Shown piece after piece: positions 1 through 12,900 of a stretch of 64,000 nt of DNA. A program made the position numbers and the translations under genes. The first letter of the stretch is position 1, and each line of letters opens with the position of its first letter. Below the pieces are notes generated by a model. The model did not search any database. It saw only the letters and a list, made by a program, of their open reading frames with translations, and was not told the DNA's origin. This DNA comes from Auanema rhodensis (taxonomy: Eukaryota; Animalia; Nematoda). The stretch lies in the NCBI GenBank assembly GCA_964057225.1, contig OZ059897.1:17236001-17300000 (forward strand), given 5' to 3'.

Positions 1-87
1 GTTACCATGCATCAATATCAATAAAATATTGTTTTTAGACTAATATGGACTTGGGGAATCTAATTTTGAAAACCGCATCTCTTTATC

Positions 88-104
88 TTTCACGGGAAGC
101 GAGT
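88..104 (+). other. CENP-B-box-like 17-mer TTTCACGGGAAGCGAGT (in nearly every monomer; function unproven)
   Basis: Ungapped alignment to YTTCGTTGGAARCGGGA gives 12/17 positions overall and 7/9 core positions (NTTCGNNNNANNCGGGN). Confidence 0.4.
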
Positions 105-123
105 TTCATACCAAGTGCACATC

Positions 124-160
124 ACGTGTACATTTAATTAGCATAAATTAAAGTTCACGT
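124..160. other. Imperfect 37-bp dyad ACGTGTACATTTAATT-AGCATA-AATTAAAGTTCACGT (per monomer)
   Basis: Perfect 7-bp inner arms TTTAATT/AATTAAA around a 6-nt loop, extending to ACGTG/CACGT with one mismatch and one bulge. Confidence 0.8.
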
Positions 161-172
161 AAATTTCAAAGT

Positions 173-185
173 CATGGTTACCATG
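173..185. other. 13-bp dyad CATGGT-T-ACCATG (per monomer)
   Basis: Perfect 6-bp arms around one base. The only disruptions I saw were the recurrent GGTTGCC variant and a single CATAGTT near 8606. Confidence 0.85.
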
Positions 186-3100
186 CACCAATATCAATGA
201 AAATTTCTTTTTAGACTAATATGGACTTGGGGAATCTAATTTTGAAAACCGCATCTCTTTATCTTTCACGGGAAGCGAGTTTCATACCAAGTGCACATCA
301 CGTGTACATTTAATTAGCATAAATTGAAGTTCACGTAAATTTAAAATCATGGTTACCATGCACCAATATCACTAAAAATTTGTTTTTAGACTAATATGAA
401 CATGGTGAATCTAATTTTGAAAACCGCATCTCTTTATCTTTCACGGGGAGCGAGTTTCATACCAAGTGCACATCACGTGTACATTTAATTAGCATTAATT
501 AAAGTTCACGTAAATTTCAAAGTCATGGTTACCATGCACCAATATCAATGAAAATTTGTTTTTAGACTGATATGGACTTGGGGAATCTAATTTTGAAAAC
601 CGCATCTCTTTATCTTTCACGGGAAGCGAGTTTCATACAAGTGCACATCACGTGTACATTTAATTAGCATAAATTAAAGTTCACGTAAATTTCGAAGTCA
701 TGGTTACCATGCACTAATATCAATGAAAATTTGTTTTTAGACTGATATGGATATGGGGAATCTAATTTGGAAAACCGCATCTTTTCATCTTTCACGGGAA
801 GCGAGTTACATACCAAGTACACATCACGTGTACATTTAATTAGCATGAATGAAAGTTCACGTAAATTTCAAAGTCATGGTTACCATGCACCAATATCAAT
901 AAAAATTTGTATTCAGACTAATATGGACATGGGGAATCTAATTTTAAAAACCGCATTTCTTTATCTTTCACGGGAAGCGAGTTTCATACAAGTGCACATC
1001 ACGTGTACATTTAATTAGCATAAATTGAAGTTCACGTAAATTTCAAAGTCATGGTTACCATGCACCAATATGAATAAGAATTTGTTTTTAGACTAATATG
1101 GACATGGGGAATCTAATTTTGAAAACCGCATCTCTTTATCTTTCACGGGAAGCGAGTTACATACCGAGTGCACATCACGTGTACATTTAATTAGCATAAA
1201 TTAAAGTTCACGTAAATTTCAAAGTCATGGTTACCATGCACCAATATCAATGAAAATTTGTTTTTAGACTAATATGGACATGGGGAATCTAATTTTAAAA
1301 ACCGCATCTCTTTATCTTTCACGGGAAGCGAGTTTCATACAAGTGCACATCACGTGTACATTTAATTAGCATAAATTAAAGTTCACGTAAATTTCAAAGT
1401 CATGGTTACCATGCATCAATATCAATAAAATATTGTTTTTAGACTAATATGGACTTGGGGAATCTAATTTTGAAAACCGCATCTCTTTATCTTTCACGGG
1501 AAGCGAGTTTCATACCAAGTGCACATCACGTGTACATTTAATTAGCATAAATTAAAGTTCACGTAAATTTCAAAATCATGGTTACCATGCACCAATATCA
1601 ATAAAAATTTGTTTTCAGACTAATATGGACATGGGGAATCTAATTTTGAAAACCGCATCTCTTCATCTTTCACGGGAAGCGAGTTACATACCAAGTACAC
1701 ATCGCGTGTACATTTAATTAGCATAAATTGAAGTTCACGTGAATTTCAAAGTCATGGTTACCATGCACCAATATGAATAAAAATTTGTTTTTAGACTAAT
1801 GTGGACATGGGAAATCTAATTTTGAAAACCGCATCTCTTTATCTTTCACGGGAAGCGAGATACATACCGAGTGCACATCGCGTGTACATTTAATTAGCAT
1901 AAATTAAAGTTCACGTAAATTTCAAAGTCATGGTTACCATGCACCAATATGAATAAGAATTTGTTTTTAGACTGATATGGACTTGGGGAATCTAATTTTG
2001 AAAACCGCATCTCTTTATCTTTCACGGGAAGCGAGTTTCATACAAGTGCACATCACGTGTACATTTAATTAGCATAAATTAAAGTTCACGTAAATTTCGA
2101 AGTCATGGTTACCATGCACTAATATCAATGAAAATTTGGTTTTAGACTAATATGGACTTGGGGAATCTAATTTTGAAAACCGCATCTCTTTATCTTTCAC
2201 GGGAAGCGAGTTTCATACCAAGTGCACATCACGTGTACATTTAATTAGCATAAATTGAAGTTCACGTAAATTTAAAATCATGGTTACCATGCACCAATAT
2301 CAATAAAAATTTGTTTTTAGACTAATATGAACATGGTGAATCTAATTTTGAAAACCGCATCTCTTTATCTTTCACGGGGAGCGAGTTTCATACCAAGTGC
2401 ACATCACGTGTACATTTAATTAGCATTAATTAAAGTTCACGTAAATTTCAAAGTCATGGTTACCATGCACCAATATCAATGAAAATTTGTTTTTAGACTG
2501 ATATGGACTTGGGGAATCTAATTTTGAAAACCGCATCTCTTTATCTTTCACGGGAAGCGAGTTTCATACAAGTGCACATCACGTGTACATTTAATTAGCA
2601 TAAATTAAAGTTCACGTAAATTTCGAAGTCATGGTTACCATGCACTAATATCAATGAAAATTTGGTTGTAGACTAATATGGATATGGGGAATCTAATTTG
2701 GAAAACCGCATCTTTTCATCTTTCACGGGAAGAGAGTTACATACCAAGTACACATCACGTGTACATTTAATTAGCATAAATGAAAGTTCACGTAAATTTC
2801 AAAGTCATGGTTACCATGCACCAATATCAATAAAAATTTGTATTCAGACTAATATGGACATGGGGAATCTAATTTTAAAAACCGCATCTCTTTATCTTTC
2901 ACGGGAAGCGAGTTTCATACAAGTGCACATCACGTGTACATTTAATTAGCATAAATTGAAGTTCACGTAAATTTCAAAGTCATGGTTACCATGCATCAAT
3001 ATCAATAAAATATTGTTTTTAGACTAATATGGACTTGGGGAATCTAATTTTGAAAACCGCATCTCTTTATCTTTCACGGGAAGCGAGTTTCATACCAAGT

Positions 3101-6100
3101 ACACATCACGTGTACATTTAATTAGCATAAATGAAAGTTCACGTAAATTTCAAAGTCATGGTTACCATGCACCAATATGAATAAGAATTTGTTTTTAGAC
3201 TAATATGGACATGGGGAATCTAATTTTGAAAACCGCATCTCTTTATCTTTCACGGGAAGCGAGTTACATACCGAGTGCACATCACGTGTACATTTAATTA
3301 GCATAAATTAAAGTTCACGTAAATTTCAAAGTCATGGTTACCATGCATCAATATCAATAAAATATTGTTTTTAGACTAATATGGACTTGGGGAATCTAAT
3401 TTTGAAAACCGCATCTCTTTATCTTTCACGGGAAGCGAGTTTCATACCAAGTGCACATCACGTGTACATTTAATTAGCATAAATTAAAGTTCACGTAAAT
3501 TTCAAAATCATGGTTACCATGCACCAATATCAATAAAAATTTGTTTTCAGACTAATATGGACATGGGGAATCTAATTTTGAAAACCGCATCTCTTTATCT
3601 TTCACGGGGAGCGAGTTTCATACCAAGTGCACATCACGTGTACATTTAATTAGCATTAATTAAAGTTCACGTAAATTTCAAAGTCATGGTTACCATGCAC
3701 CAATATCAATGAAAATTTGTTTTTAGACTGATATGGACTTGGGGAATCTAATTTTGAAAACCGCATCTCTTCATCTTTCACGGGAAGCGAGTTACATACC
3801 AAGTACACATTGCGTGTACATTTAATTAGCATAAATTGAAGTTCACGTGAATTTCAAAGTCATGGTTACCATGCACCAATATGAATAAAAATTTGTTTTT
3901 AGACTAATGTGGACATGGGAAATCTAATTTTGAAAACCGCATCTCTTTATCTTTCACGGGAAGCGAGATACATACCGAGTGCACATCGCGTGTACAATTA
4001 ATTAGCATAAATTAAAGTTCACGTAAATTTCAAAGTCATGGTTGCCATGCACCAATATCAATAAAAATTTGGTTTTAGACTAATATGGATATGGGGAATC
4101 TAATTTTGAAAACCGCATCTCTTTATCTTTCACGGGAAGCGAGTTTCATACCAAGTGCACATCACGTGTACATTTAATTAGCATAAATTAAAGTTCACGT
4201 AAATTTCAAAATCATGGTTACCATGCACCAATATCAATAAAAATTTGTTTTCAGACTAATATGGACATGGGGAATCTAATTTTGAAAACCGCATCTCTTC
4301 ATCTTTCACGGGAAGCGAGTTACATACCAAGTACACATCGCGTGTACATTTTATTAGCATAAATTGAAGTTCACGTGAATTTCAAAGTCATGGTTACCAT
4401 GCACCAATATGAATAAGAATTTGTTTTTAGACTGATATGGACTTGGGGAATCTAATTTTGAAAACCGCATCTCTTTATCTTTCACGGGAAGCGAGTTTCA
4501 TACAAGTGCACATCACGTGTACATTTAATTAGCATAAATTAAAGTTCACGTAAATTTCGAAGTCATGGTTACCATGCACTAATATCAATGAAAATTTGGT
4601 TTTAGACTAATATGGACTTGGGGAATCTAATTTTGAAAACCGCATCTCTTTATCTTTCACGGGAAGCGAGTTTCATACCAAGTGCACATCACGTGTACAT
4701 TTAATTAGCATAAATTGAAGTTCACGTAAATTTAAAATCATGGTTACCATGCACCAATATCAATAAAAATTTGTTTTTAGACTAATATGAACATGGTGAA
4801 TCTAATTTTGAAAACCGCATCTCTTTATCTTTCACGGGGAGCGAGTTTCATACCAAGTGCACATCACGTGTACATTTAATTAGCATTAATTAAAGTTCAC
4901 GTAAATTTCAAAGTCATGGTTACCATGCACCAATATCAATGAAAATTTGTTTTTAGACTGATATGGACTTGGGGAATCTAATTTTGAAAACCGCATCTCT
5001 TCATCTTTCACGGGAAGCGAGTTACATACCAAGTACACATCGCGTGTACATTTAATTAGCATAAATTGAAGTTCACGTGAATTTCAAAGTCATGGTTACC
5101 ATGCACCAATATGAATAAAAATTTGTTTTTAGACTAATGTGGACATGGGAAATCTAATTTTGCAAACCGCATCTCTTTATCTTTCACGGGAAGCGAGATA
5201 CATACCGAGTGCACATCGCGTGTACAATTAATTAGCATAAATTAAAGTTCACGTAAATTTCAAAGTCATGGTTGCCATGCACCAATATCAATAAAAATTT
5301 GGTTTTAGACTAATATGGATATGGGGAATCTAATTTTGAAAACCGCATCTCTTTATCTTTCACGGGAAGCGAGTTTCATACCAAGTGCACATCACGTGTA
5401 CATTTAATTAGCATAAATTAAAGTTCACGTAAATTTCAAAATCATGGTTACCATGCACCAATATCAATAAAAATTTGTTTTCAGACTAATATGGACATGG
5501 GGAATCTAATTTTGAAAACCGCATCTCTTCATCTTTCACGGGAAGCGAGTTACATACCAAGTACACATCGCGTGTACATTTTATTAGCATAAATTGAAGT
5601 TCACGTGAATTTCAAAGTCATGGTTACCATGCACCAATATGAATAAGAATTTGTTTTTAGACTGATATGGACTTGGGGAATCTAATTTTGAAAACCGCAT
5701 CTCTTTATCTTTCACGGGAAGCGAGTTTCATACAAGTGCACATCACGTGTACATTTAATTAGCATAAATTAAAGTTCACGTAAATTTCGAAGTCATGGTT
5801 ACCATGCACTAATATCAATGAAAATTTGGTTTTAGACTAATATGGACTTGGGGAATCTAATTTTGAAAACCGCATCTCTTTATCTTTCACGGGAAGCGAG
5901 TTTCATACCAAGTCCACATCACGTGTACATTTAATTAGCATAAATTGAAGTTCACGTAAATTTAAAATCATGGTTACCATGCACCAATATCAATAAAAAT
6001 TTGTTTTTAGACTAATATGAACATGGTGAATCTAATTTTGAAAACCGCATCTCTTTATCTTTCACGGGGAGCGAGTTTCATACCAAGTGCACATCACGTG

Positions 6101-9100
6101 TACATTTAATTAGCATTAATTAAAGTTCACGTAAATTTCAAAGTCATGGTTACCATGCACCAATATCAATGAAAATTTGTTTTTAGACTGATATGGACTT
6201 GGGGAATCTAATTTTGAAAACCGCATCTCTTTATCTTTCACGGGAAGCGAGTTTCATACAAGTGCACATCACGTGTACATTTAATTAGCATAAATTAAAG
6301 TTCACGTAAATTTCGAAGTCATGGTTACCATGCACTAATATCAATGAAAATTTGGTTGTAGACTAATATGGATATGGGGAATCTAATTTGGAAAACCGCA
6401 TCTTTTCATCTTTCACGGGAAGAGAGTTACATACCAAGTACACATCACGTGTACATTTAATTAGCATAAATGAAAGTTCACGTAAATTTCAAAGTCATGG
6501 TTACCATGCACCAATATCAATAAAAATTTGTATTCAGACTAATATGGACATGGGGAATCTAATTTTAAAAACCGCATCTCTTTATCTTTCACGGGAAGCG
6601 AGTTTCATACAAGTGCACATCACGTGTACATTTAATTAGCATAAATTGAAGTTCACGTAAATTTCAAAGTCATGGTTACCATGCACCAATATGAATAAGA
6701 ATTTGTTTTTAGACTAATATGGACATGGGGAATCTAATTTTGAAAACCGCATCTCTTTATCTTTCACGGGAAGCGAGTTACATACCGAGTGCACATCACG
6801 TGTACATTTAATTAGCATAAATTAAAGTTCACGTAAATTTCAAAGTCATGGTTACCATGCATCAATATCAATAAAATATTGTTTTTAGACTAATATGGAC
6901 TTGGGGAATCTAATTTTGAAAACCGCATCTCTTTATCTTTCACGGGAAGCGAGTTTCATACCAAGTGCACATCACGTGTACATTTAATTAGCATAAATTA
7001 AAGTTCACGTAAATTTCAAAATCATGGTTACCATGCACCAATATGAATAAGAATTTGTTTTTAGACTGATATGGACTTGGGGAATCTAATTTTGAAAACC
7101 GCATCTCTTTATCTTTCACGGGAAGCGAGTTTCATACAAGTGCACATCACGTGTACATTTAATTAGCATAAATTAAAGTTCACGTAAATTTCGAAGTCAT
7201 GGTTACCATGCACTAATATCAATGAAAATTTGGTTTTAGACTAATATGGACTTGGGGAATCTAATTTTGAAAACCGCATCTCTTTATCTTTCACGGGAAG
7301 CGAGTTTCATACCAAGTCCACATCACGTGTACATTTAATTAGCATAAATTGAAGTTCACGTAAATTTAAAATCATGGTTACCATGCACCAATATCAATAA
7401 AAATTTGTTTTTAGACTAATATGAACATGGTGAATCTAATTTTGAAAACCGCATCTCTTTATCTTTCACGGGGAGCGAGTTTCATACCAAGTGCACATCA
7501 CGTGTACATTTAATTAGCATTAATTAAAGTTCACGTAAATTTCAAAGTCATGGTTACCATGCACCAATATCAATGAAAATTTGTTTTTAGACTGATATGG
7601 ACTTGGGGAATCTAATTTTGAAAACCGCATCTCTTTATCTTTCACGGGAAGCGAGTTTCATACAAGTGCACATCACGTGTACATTTAATTAGCATAAATT
7701 AAAGTTCACGTAAATTTCGAAGTCATGGTTACCATGCACTAATATCAATGAAAATTTGGTTGTAGACTAATATGGATATGGGGAATCTAATTTGGAAAAC
7801 CGCATCTTTTCATCTTTCACGGGAAGAGAGTTACATACCAAGTACACATCACGTGTACATTTAATTAGCATAAATGAAAGTTCACGTAAATTTCAAAGTC
7901 ATGGTTACCATGCACCAATATCAATAAAAATTTGTATTCAGACTAATATGGACATGGGGAATCTAATTTTAAAAACCGCATCTCTTTATCTTTCACGGGA
8001 AGCGAGTTTCATACAAGTGCACATCACGTGTACATTTAATTAGCATAAATTGAAGTTCACGTAAATTTCAAAGTCATGGTTACCATGCACCAATATGAAT
8101 AAGAATTTGTTTTTAGACTAATATGGACATGGGGAATCTAATTTTGAAAACCGCATCTCTTTATCTTTCACGGGAAGCGAGTTACATACCGAGTGCACAT
8201 CACGTGTACATTTAATTAGCATAAATTAAAGTTCACGTAAATTTCAAAGTCATGGTTACCATGCATCAATATCAATAAAATATTGTTTTTAGACTAATAT
8301 GGACTTGGGGAATCTAATTTTGAAAACCGCATCTCTTTATCTTTCACGGGAAGCGAGTTTCATACCAAGTGCACATCACGTGTACATTTAATTAGCATAA
8401 ATTAAAGTTCACGTAAATTTCAAAATCATGGTTACCATGCACCAATATCAATAAAAATTTGTTTTCAGACTAATATGGACATGGGGAATCTAATTTTGAA
8501 AACCGCATCTCTTCATCTTTCACGGGAAGCGAGTTACATACCAAGTACACATCGCGTGTACATTTAATTAGCATAAATTGAAGTTCACGTGAATTTCAAA
8601 GTCATAGTTACCATGCACCAATATGAATAAAAATTTGTTTTTAGACTAATGTGGACATGGGAAATCTAATTTTGAAAACCGCATCTCTTTATCTTTCACG
8701 GGAAGCGAGTTTCATACAAGTGCACATCACGTGTACATTTAATTAGCATAAATTGAAGTTCACGTAAATTTCAAAGTCATGGTTACCATGCACCAATATG
8801 AATAAGAATTTGTTTTTAGACTAATATGGACATGGGGAATCTAATTTTGAAAACCGCATCTCTTTATCTTTCACGGGAAGCGAGTTACATACCGAGTGCA
8901 CATCACGTGTACATTTAATTAGCATAAATTAAAGTTCACGTAAATTTCAAAGTCATGGTTACCATGCATCAATATCAATAAAATATTGTTTTTAGACTAA
9001 TATGGACTTGGGGAATCTAATTTTGAAAACCGCATCTCTTTATCTTTCACGGGAAGCGAGTTTCATACCAAGTGCACATCACGTGTACATTTAATTAGCA

Positions 9101-9999
9101 TAAATTAAAGTTCACGTAAATTTCAAAATCATGGTTACCATGCACCAATATCAATAAAAATTTGTTTTCAGACTAATATGGACATGGGGAATCTAATTTT
9201 GAAAACCGCATCTCTTCATCTTTCACGGGAAGCGAGTTACATACCAAGTACACATCGCGTGTACATTTAATTAGCATAAATTGAAGTTCACGTGAATTTC
9301 AAAGTCATGGTTACCATGCACCAATATGAATAAAAATTTGTTTTTAGACTAATGTGGACATGGGAAATCTAATTTTGAAAACCGCATCTCTTTATCTTTC
9401 ACGGGAAGCGAGATACATACCGAGTGCACATCGCGTGTACATTTAATTAGCATAAATTAAAGTTCACGTAAATTTCAAAGTCATGGTTGCCATGCACCAA
9501 TATCAATAAAAATTTGGTTTTAGACTAATATGGATATGGGGAATCTAATTTTGAAAACCGCATCTCTTTATCTTTCACGGGAAGCGAGTTTCATACAAGT
9601 GCACATCACGTGTACATTTAATTAGCATAAATTGAAGTTCACGTAAATTTCAAAGTCATGGTTACCATGCACCAATATGAATAAGAATTTGTTTTTAGAC
9701 TAATATGGACATGGGGAATCTAATTTTGAAAACCGCATCTCTTTATCTTTCACGGGAAGCGAGTTACATACCGAGTGCACATCACGTGTACATTTAATTA
9801 GCATAAATTAAAGTTCACGTAAATTTCAAAGTCATGGTTACCATGCATCAATATCAATAAAATATTGTTTTTAGACTAATATGGACTTGGGGAATCTAAT
9901 TTTGAAAACCGCATCTCTTTATCTTTCACGGGAAGCGAGTTTCATACCAAGTGCACATCACGTGTACATTTAATTAGCATAAATTAAAGTTCACGTAAA

Positions 10000-12900
10000 T
10001 TTCAAAATCATGGTTACCATGCACCAATATCAATAAAAATTTGTTTTCAGACTAATATGGACATGGGGAATCTAATTTTGAAAACCGCATCTCTTCATCT
10101 TTCACGGGAAGCGAGTTACATACCAAGTACACATCGCGTGTACATTTAATTAGCATAAATTGAAGTTCACGTGAATTTCAAAGTCATGGTTACCATGCAC
10201 CAATATGAATAAAAATTTGTTTTTAGACTAATGTGGACATGGGAAATCTAATTTTGAAAACCGCATCTCTTTATCTTTCACGGGAAGCGAGATACATACC
10301 GAGTGCACATCGCGTGTACATTTAATTAGCATAAATTAAAGTTCACGTAAATTTCAAAGTCATGGTTGCCATGCACCAATATCAATAAAAATTTGGTTTT
10401 AGACTAATATGGATATGGGGAATCTAATTGTGAAAACCGCATCTCTTTATCTTTCACGGGAAGCGAGTTTCATACCAAGTGCACATCACGTGTACATTTA
10501 ATTAGCATAAATTAAAGTTCACGTAAATTTCAAAATCATGGTTACCATGCACCAATATCAATAAAAATTTGTTTTCAGACTAATATGGACATGGGGAATC
10601 TAATTTTGAAAACCGCATCTCTTCATCTTTCACGGGAAGCGAGTTACATACCGAGTACACATCGCGTGTACATTTTATTAGCATAAATTGAAGTTCACGT
10701 GAATTTCAAAGTCATGGTTACCATGCACCAATATGAATAAGAATTTGTTTTTAGACTAATGTGGACATGGGGAATCTAATTTTGAAAACCGCATCTCTTT
10801 ATCTTTCACGGGACGCGAGTTTCATACCAAGTGCACATCACGTGTACATTTAATTGGCATAAATTAAAGTTCACGTAAATTTCAAAGTCATGGTTACCAT
10901 GCACCAATATTAATAAAATATTGTTTTCAGACTAATATGGACATGGGGAATCTAATTTTGAAAACCGCATCTCTTCATCTTTCACGGGAAGCGAGTTACA
11001 TACCAAGTACACATCGCGTGTACATTTTATTAGCATAAATTGAAGTTCACGTGAATTTCAAAGTCATGGTTACCATGCACCAATATGAATAAGAATTTGT
11101 TTTTAGACTAATGTGGACATGGGGAATCTAATTTTGAAAACCGCATCTCTTTATCTTTCACGGGACGCGAGTTTCATACCAAGTGCACATCACGTGTACA
11201 TTTAATTAGCATAAATTAAAGTTCACGTAAATTTCAAAGTCATGGTTACCATGCACCAATATTAATAAAATATTGTTTTTAGACTAATATGGACTTGGGG
11301 AATCTAATTTTGAAAACCGCATCTCTTTATCTTTCACGGGAAGCGAGTTTCATACCAAGTGCACATCACGTGTACATTTAATTAGCATAAATTAAAGTTC
11401 ACGTAAATTTCGAAGTCATGGTTACCATGCACTAATATCAATGAAAATTTGGTTTTAGACTAATATGGACATGGGGAATCTAATTTTGAAAACCGCATCT
11501 TTTCATCTTTCACGGGAAGCGAGTTACATACCGAGTGCACATCGCGTGTACATTTAATTAGCATAAATTAAAGTTCACGTAAATTTCAAAGTCATGGTTA
11601 CCATGCATCAATATCAATAAAATATTGTTTTTAGACTAATATGGACTCGGGGATTCTAATTTTGAAAACCGCATCTCTTTATCTTTCACGGGAAGCGAGT
11701 TTCATACCAAGTGCACATCACGTGTACATTTAATTAGCATAAATTAAAGTTCACGTAAATTTCAAAGTCATGGTTACCATGCACCAATATCAATGAAAAT
11801 TTCTTTTTAGACTAATATGGACTTGGGGAATCTAATTTTGAAAACCGCATCTCTTTATCTTTCACGGGAAGCGAGTTTCATACCAAGTGCACATCACGTG
11901 TACATTTAATTAGCATAAATTAAAGTTCACGTAAATTTCAAAGTCATGGTTACCATGCACCAATATCAATGAAAATTTGTTTTTAGACTAATATGGACAT
12001 GGGGAATCTAATTTTAAAAACCGCATCTCTTTATCTTTCACGGGAAGCGAGTTTCATACAAGTGCACATCACGTGTACATTTAATTAGAATAAATTGAAG
12101 TTCACGTAAATTTCAAAGTCATGGTTACCATGCACCAATATCAATAAAAAATTGTTTTTAGACTAAGATGGACATGGGGAATCTAATTTTGAAAACCGCA
12201 TCTCTTTATCTTTCACGGGAAGCGAGTTACATACCAAGGGCACATCACGTGTACATTTAATTAGCATAAATTGAAGTTCACGTAAATTTCAAAGTCATGG
12301 TTACCATGCATCAATATCAATAAAATATTGTTTTTAGACTAATATGGACATGGGGAATCTAATTTTGAAAACCGCATCTCTTTATCTTTCATGGGAAGCG
12401 AGTTACATACCGAGTGCTCATCACGTGTACATTTAATTAGCATAAATTAAAGTTCACGTAAATTTCAAAGTCATGGTTACCATGCATCAATATCAATAAA
12501 AATTTGGTTTTAGACTAATATGGATATGGGGAATCTAATTGTGAAAACCGCATCTCTTTATCTTTCACGGGAAGCGAGTTTCATACCAAGGGCACATCAC
12601 GTGTACATTTAATTAGCATAAATTGAAGTTCACGTAAATTTCAAAGTCATGGTTACCATGCATCAATATCAATAAAATATTGTTTTTAGACTAATATGGA
12701 CATGGGGAATCTAATTTTGAAAACCGCATCTCTTTATCTTTCATGGGAAGCGAGTTACATACCGAGTGCTCATCACGTGTACATTTAATTAGCATAAATT
12801 AAAGTTCACGTAAATTTCAAAGTCATGGTTACCATGCATCAATATCAATAAAAATTTGGTTTTAGACTAATATGGATATGGGGAATCTAATTGTGAAAAC

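Larger units (their letters stand above)
1..176 (+). repeat. Representative 176-bp monomer (phase arbitrary)
   Basis: Read directly. About 33% GC; contains GGTTACC (BstEII, spanning the junction in this phase), GTGCAC, CACGTG and TGTACA sites. Confidence 0.97.
1..8400. repeat. Left array domain with short tandem higher-order duplications (11-, 7- and 8-monomer periods)
   Basis: Diagnostic variants are GAACATGGTGAAT, CGGGGAGCG, AGCATTAATT and AGACTGAT. TGTACAATTA at 3991 and 5221 is 1230 bp apart (7-mer). The AGTCCAC SNP at 5914 and 7318 is 1404 bp apart (8-mer). The +strand ORF marker at 767/2698 is 1931 bp apart (11-mer). Domain boundary approximate. Confidence 0.8.

Noticed and set aside
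53-96. G-quadruplex potential from the GGGG and GGG runs
   Set aside because: There are only two G-runs per monomer, about 40 bp apart, which is insufficient for a canonical intramolecular G4.
121-128. Budding-yeast point centromere (CDEI match ATCACGTG)
   Set aside because: There is no long >90% AT CDEII or CDEIII downstream, and point centromeres are single-copy, not tandem.
1-176. Assignment to known ~171-178 bp satellites (primate alpha, Arabidopsis CEN178, Brassica CentBr, honeybee AluI)
   Set aside because: Only the length is similar. I recognise no sequence similarity, and the consensus lacks AAGCTT and AGCT sites. The organism cannot be assigned without a search.
767-8043. Four 83-aa plus-strand ORFs (MENRIFSS...)
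   Set aside because: They start at TTG and arise from chance SNPs in the satellite frame. The peptide is internally repetitive across adjacent monomers, with no evidence of coding function.
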